From: a virus
Taxonomy: Duplodnaviria; Caudoviricetes
Direction: 5' to 3' (one strand)
Length of the DNA: 28,950 nt
Virus record (IMG/VR): IMGVR_UViG_3300024275_000022
Location: 1 to 28,950 of that record
A program made the position numbers and the translations under genes. The notes beneath the pieces were generated by a model that did no database searches, had not been told where the DNA came from, and saw nothing but the letters and a program-made list of their open reading frames with translations. How positions within the stretch are numbered: the first letter of the stretch is position 1; every line of letters begins with the position of its first letter. Shown here piece after piece: positions 25,242-28,950 of this stretch.

Positions 25242-25604
25242 CTATCCGTTGTAGAGGGCGGTCGTGCCGACGAATGCTCCCGACCAATCCCAGTTGTCCA
25301 GCCAGTAGGCGTTGAAGTCGCGCTCGTCGAGCTCGACCTGGTCGTTCACCTCAGCGTTGAGGCGAGCGATCATCACGTCGTAGGAGTGGACGTAGCTGAC
25401 CGGCTTCGGCAGCTCCCTGAGCGGGGAGAAGCTCTGACCGTTCAGCTTCTTGTCCTTCTCCGCTCGGTCAGCGACCTTGCGGAGCTCCTTGATGGCCTTC
25501 TTCAGCCAGGTCTTCCGAGCCTTCTTGTACTCGGCGACGTGCTTGGCCCGGTTCTCCTGGAGCTTCTCCAGGAGCTCGCTCGTGGAGACCGTGGTGGGCT
25601 TCAC
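25242..25604 (-). CDS. Phage hypothetical protein (120 aa)
   Basis: Start likely GTG 25604 (GTGA overlap). LLEKLQENRAKH...PKPVSY...YD...ELDERDFNAYWLDNWDW. Confidence 0.75.
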   Translation of the reverse strand: MKPTTVSTSELLEKLQENRAKHVAEYKKARKTWLKKAIKELRKVADRAEKDKKLNGQSFSPLRELPKPVSYVHSYDVMIARLNAEVNDQVELDERDFNAYWLDNWDWSGAFVGTTALYNG

Positions 25605-26107
25605 TCCGTCACCGCCGGCGGGTCGGGAGGCAGCTCGACATCCTCGATGCCGACCGCGCCCTCCTCGATCTCCGGAGGCTCCTCGCCGCCGTGGATCGGG
25701 CACTCGGGGTTGACCTCGAAGACCTCCTGGGACGTCCAGACGCAGGTGCAGGCAGTCTTCAGCCGCTTCTTCTCGGCCTTCAGGGCGTTCCGCATGGCCA
25801 TCTCGTCCTGCCAGGCCAGGTCGGTCTCGGCGAGCACGTCGAGGATCAGGTCCTCGCCGAGAGCCTCGTGCAGAGAATCGAACCGGGACTTCAGCAGAGC
25901 GATTCGCATCCGAGTGGACTCGATCAGCCGGTCGGCCTCCTTCAGGGCCCCGAGCGCGGTGTCCACGCAGTCGCGGCAGATCGGGTAGTCCTTGGGCAGG
26001 TCAGCCCAGAGCGCGACCTTGATCTTGAAGTCCTTGCCGCAGAGGCCGATCACTCTGTCGCCGAGCTTGGCCTCTCTGTCGTTGTAGACGTGTGCAGTCT
26101 TGCTCAC
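25601..26107 (-). CDS. Zn-binding protein with DUF3039-like N-terminus and coiled coil
   Basis: 168 aa; H...GLCGK...YPICRDC, then CTC...CPIH. Confidence 0.6.
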   Translation of the reverse strand: MSKTAHVYNDREAKLGDRVIGLCGKDFKIKVALWADLPKDYPICRDCVDTALGALKEADRLIESTRMRIALLKSRFDSLHEALGEDLILDVLAETDLAWQDEMAMRNALKAEKKRLKTACTCVWTSQEVFEVNPECPIHGGEEPPEIEEGAVGIEDVELPPDPPAVTE

Positions 26108-26400
26108 TGGTTCTCACAATCTGGTGCGTTGGGGACCACAGCTACAGAGCCGTAGCTGGAGTCCGACTTGAAGATGACGTAGATCCGGTTGCCGTGGTCA
26201 CACTTCGTGGCCACGTTCGAGAAGCCGTCAGGCATCTCGATGGTGTCCGCGGGCGAGGAGTTGGTGGTCCCCCGCTTCGCGTCCTTGAACGGCTCCTGTG
26301 CCTTCTGAGCACCACAGCCGGAGAGAAGCAGAAGGGCTATCACGATGAGTGACAGCCCTGCGATGACGATGTAGCCCGGTTTCTCCCGGAGGAATCTCAC
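26104..26400 (-). CDS. Lipoprotein
   Basis: 98 aa; signal peptide with lipobox LSGC; MPDGFSNVATKCD motif. Confidence 0.8.
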   Translation of the reverse strand: MRFLREKPGYIVIAGLSLIVIALLLLSGCGAQKAQEPFKDAKRGTTNSSPADTIEMPDGFSNVATKCDHGNRIYVIFKSDSSYGSVAVVPNAPDCENQ

Positions 26401-26942
26401 CGCTTCCCCCTGTTGAACGGAGGCTCCTCAGGAGGAGTCCAACCGGCTGGTTCCTCATCTCGCGGTGCCTCGATGGCGGGGATTCCGTAGCCCAGCGTCG
26501 CCAGCTCGGTGAGGAGCTCCTCGGCCCGCTGCTGCTGGCCGATCTCCAGCTCCTCCTCCAGCTTCTGCTGGCAGGACTTGCAGTACATCTCGACCGGCTT
26601 CTCCTTCAGCCGCTTCGGGATGCCGTGCTTGTTGTAGTAGAGGACCATCCCCATCATCCCGAAGAAGGTGGCGACTCCGAGGAAGACGCCACCGAACCCG
26701 GATGCCCAGGCCGGGCTCTCATGGTTGCCGGCCCAGAACAGCATGGACATGGTCAGCAGCAGAGCAGTGCCGAGCCAACCGAGGATCACGGCACTCCAGC
26801 CAGACCAGAACAGGACCGGCCCCATCCGGAACTGGCCGGTCCTGCGCTCCAGGACCCGCGCACTGCGAGCCTGCTCGTTCAGCACAGTGCCGTTGTAGTC
26901 GAGGATCTCGATGACGTTGCCCTCGCGGTCGTAGACCTTCAC
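26397..26942 (-). CDS. Membrane protein with two TM helices
   Basis: 181 aa; two hydrophobic segments, a CKSC motif, GTGA overlaps. Confidence 0.75.
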   Translation of the reverse strand: MKVYDREGNVIEILDYNGTVLNEQARSARVLERRTGQFRMGPVLFWSGWSAVILGWLGTALLLTMSMLFWAGNHESPAWASGFGGVFLGVATFFGMMGMVLYYNKHGIPKRLKEKPVEMYCKSCQQKLEEELEIGQQQRAEELLTELATLGYGIPAIEAPRDEEPAGWTPPEEPPFNRGKR

Positions 26943-27688
26943 GGCAGCTCCTCCAGCCTCTTCGCCACCGCCCCGAGGTTGGCGATGTTGGTGGACTGAC
27001 CCTCGACCCAGACCAGGTACTCGTCGTCGTCCAGGATGATCACGTCGCGGGAGTCCAGGTCCAGCGCCCGGAGCTGCTTGTCGAAGGTGTCCGACATGTC
27101 AGTCGGGATGGAGATCGTCCCGTCCTTGTCCTCGACCTTGATCCCGCCCACGCCGATCTGGCCCTGGACGTGGAGCTCGGTCTTCTTCTCGATCTCGTCG
27201 CGGTAGAGAGCCTGCGCTCGCTTCAGCACGAGGTCGTAGGCCTCCTTGTTCTTGGTCACGACGTCGATCAGTTTCGATCGTTCGATGTGGTGTTCCATCT
27301 CTGTCTTCCCTTCCAGTGGTGGTTGACCGCCAGACATCAAGGTGTTGGTGCTGATGGTCATCGTGTAGTTGGTGCTGGTGGTGCTGGTGTAGCTGTACCG
27401 GTACGGAGCCCAGCCCTTGCCGCCGTGGACGATGATCTTGACGTCCAAGAGGACCTTCCGTTTCGGGCCATCCCAGCCCTTGCTCTCCGAGGTGGTGAAC
27501 CATCCGCTGTCGTGCATGAACTGGATCTCAGTTCCCTCGAAGAAGGCCTGACCGCCGAAGTCGTTGAACTCCTGAGAGGAGATCCGAATCCAGCTCTCCG
27601 ACGTGGGTCTGGCGAGTTTCTCCAGGATGAAGTCCCGCCGGCGGACGGTCAGCGGTGTGTAGTGCACGTACTCATACGCCGCTGTCAT
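26939..27688 (-). CDS. Hypothetical protein (249 aa), probably also translated from internal ATG 27298
   Basis: Open frame with a Ser/Thr-rich linker followed by GAAGGGAAGACA and an in-frame ATG (MEHHIERSK...). Confidence 0.7.
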   Translation of the reverse strand: MTAAYEYVHYTPLTVRRRDFILEKLARPTSESWIRISSQEFNDFGGQAFFEGTEIQFMHDSGWFTTSESKGWDGPKRKVLLDVKIIVHGGKGWAPYRYSYTSTTSTNYTMTISTNTLMSGGQPPLEGKTEMEHHIERSKLIDVVTKNKEAYDLVLKRAQALYRDEIEKKTELHVQGQIGVGGIKVEDKDGTISIPTDMSDTFDKQLRALDLDSRDVIILDDDEYLVWVEGQSTNIANLGAVAKRLEELP

Positions 27689-28034
27689 GCGTCGTCTCCT
27701 TCTGGGCGTTGAAGTGGTCGATCGCCCCCAGCGCCATCTGGCCCCAGAGGTTCACGTCGTGCTGGTGGGCGATGGGGTTGCCATCGGAGACCGGCACCTC
27801 CTCGCGGAGGATCTCCTTGCCGTCCTCTGCCCGCTTGACCACCAGCTCTCCGCGGAACCGGTTGGTCGCCAGAGTGGTGACGTCGATCTCCCACTCGTGG
27901 TACTCGTCGGTGGCCTGCCAGACGACCACCTGAGCGTTGACCTCCAGGACCGGGCAGTCCGGGTCATGGTTGACGCTGGCTGCGCCATCCCACTTCCCCT
28001 CGCGCTGGTACCTGCACTTCTTGCAGTCACTCAT
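27672..28034 (-). CDS. Hypothetical protein (120 aa)
   Basis: Start likely ATG 28034 (MSDCKKC...HDPDC) after RBS GAGGAG. Confidence 0.7.
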   Translation of the reverse strand: MSDCKKCRYQREGKWDGAASVNHDPDCPVLEVNAQVVVWQATDEYHEWEIDVTTLATNRFRGELVVKRAEDGKEILREEVPVSDGNPIAHQHDVNLWGQMALGAIDHFNAQKETTHDSGV

Positions 28035-28263
28035 GGCGGGTCTCCTCGTCGGAGATGATCCCCAACGCGATGACCGCGAAGTCATCGCCCAGAGTGGCGT
28101 GCTTCGCGGCCTCCAACATCAGGTGGCGCTGAGTCTCACGGAGCTTGTTCAGCTCCCTCAGCAGACTCGCCTGGTCCGGTGGTGCCGGCTGTCTGGCCTT
28201 CCCGACCAGGTATCCCACGACGAACGGGATCACCAGCACGAGGGCCAGCAAGAGCAACTTCAT
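28027..28263 (-). CDS. Small membrane protein
   Basis: 78 aa; N-terminal TM helix; RBS AAGGAG. Confidence 0.75.
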   Translation of the reverse strand: MKLLLLALVLVIPFVVGYLVGKARQPAPPDQASLLRELNKLRETQRHLMLEAAKHATLGDDFAVIALGIISDEETRHE

Positions 28264-28507
28264 ACGACTTCTCCTTGATGTAGATCTGGCAGTGGACCTC
28301 GAACTGAGCCAGCCACCGCGCGGGGTTGCGAGCGGCGCTGTGGGTGCCGACTGGAAGGGGGATCTGGCCGCAGGGCTGGCCGTCCTGACTGACGTCGATC
28401 TCCAGGGCTAGGCCGTCCCAGACGAAGGACAGACCAGTGGATGGGTCGTGGTAGCAGAAGTGCGGTACACCGTCTGCGTCTTGGGCCTGAACCACTTCGT
28501 AGATCAC
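28136..28507 (-). CDS. Hypothetical protein, paralog of 28504-28716
   Basis: GTG 28507 (GTGA overlap); GVPH...LSFVWDG...RWLAQFEVHC. Confidence 0.65.
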   Translation of the reverse strand: MIYEVVQAQDADGVPHFCYHDPSTGLSFVWDGLALEIDVSQDGQPCGQIPLPVGTHSAARNPARWLAQFEVHCQIYIKEKSYEVALAGPRAGDPVRRGIPGREGQTAGTTGPGESAEGAEQAP

Positions 28508-28716
28508 TCCTTCACCAGAGTCCGGGTGTAGTTGTGGCAGACCAGCTCGAACCACTTCAGCCAGCGGGAGATGGAGGCGTTCCTGACCCCCACCGTGCCG
28601 TCGACCTTGAACGAGTCGCCGTTGCTGACCTTGATCTCGCCGTTCCCGTCCCACTCGAAGCTGAGCTTCGAGGCGTGGTCGTACCAGATCAGGTGTGGGG
28701 TGCCTTCCTCACACAT
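28504..28716 (-). CDS. Hypothetical protein (70 aa), paralog of 28136-28507
   Basis: ATG 28716 (TGATG overlap); GTPH...LSFEWDG...RWLKWFELVC. Confidence 0.7.
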   Translation of the reverse strand: MCEEGTPHLIWYDHASKLSFEWDGNGEIKVSNGDSFKVDGTVGVRNASISRWLKWFELVCHNYTRTLVKE

Positions 28717-28949
28717 CAGAACCACACCCACTCCAGCTTGACCCAGTTGAACCGGTCGGGCTGGAGCATGATGTAGGTCGCCCACGCGGTCGCCTTGCCG
28801 GCCAGGTCGGAGAGGAGCTCTGCCTGGTTCTTGCCCTCGTCGGCGTGCCACTCCTCGCTGGTGATGAAGAACCGGCGAGTGAACTCGTCTTCGGGTGTGC
28901 CAGGTAGCACCCCAGCCAGCACGTCCACAGCGCATCTGGCCTGCTTGAA
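28716..28949 (-). CDS. Hypothetical protein, 5'-truncated by the window edge
   Basis: The frame is open to the window end (FKQARCAVDVLAGVLPGTPEDEF...WVKLEWVWF). Confidence 0.65.
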   Translation of the reverse strand, partial: FKQARCAVDVLAGVLPGTPEDEFTRRFFITSEEWHADEGKNQAELLSDLAGKATAWATYIMLQPDRFNWVKLEWVWF

Positions 28950-28950
28950 C

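Noticed and set aside
27340-27395. GGTGCTGGTG-like short tandem repeats
   Set aside because: Explained by Thr/Ser codons (ACC/AGC) of a protein linker; not a CRISPR or VNTR array.
1-28950. tRNA genes, CRISPR arrays, integrase/att sites, IS elements, introns or inteins, diversity-generating retroelement
   Set aside because: I saw no cloverleaf, regularly spaced repeat, recombinase, transposase, reverse transcriptase or intein motifs by eye, and intergenic gaps are short. Dedicated scans were not run.

Overview
A 29-kb internal segment of a high-GC, long-tailed (siphovirus-like) phage or prophage, most likely infecting an actinobacterium (inferred from GC richness and gene families recalled from actinophages; no database search was run). 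Bases 1-16050 are a tightly coupled + strand virion operon: the 3' part of the major capsid gene, head accessory genes, head-tail adaptor and stopper, an HK97 gp10-like gene, tail terminator, tail tube, a tail assembly chaperone with a -1 frameshift site, a 1906-aa tape measure protein with a C-terminal Zn-peptidase-like motif, and five minor tail genes. Bases 16115-28950 are a convergent - strand array of mostly hypothetical genes that includes an AAA+ ATPase, an SPFH lipoprotein and several membrane or secreted proteins. The most unusual signal is three small, very basic ORFs in the head module that share an N-terminal tag, M-x-S-A-F-G-[IV]-[DE]-H-(x0-3)-E-I-[SA]-K, conserved at protein level; this is a candidate capsid-targeting or leader-peptide cargo system. 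Other leads are an ORF-free promoter-hairpin-terminator unit (candidate sRNA or attenuator), a CHAP/NlpC-like gene with Ser in place of the catalytic Cys, a secreted 8-Cys bacteriocin-like protein, and a nested in-frame gene marked by a repeated start-associated 12-mer. I recognised no integrase, lysis cassette, tRNA or CRISPR array.
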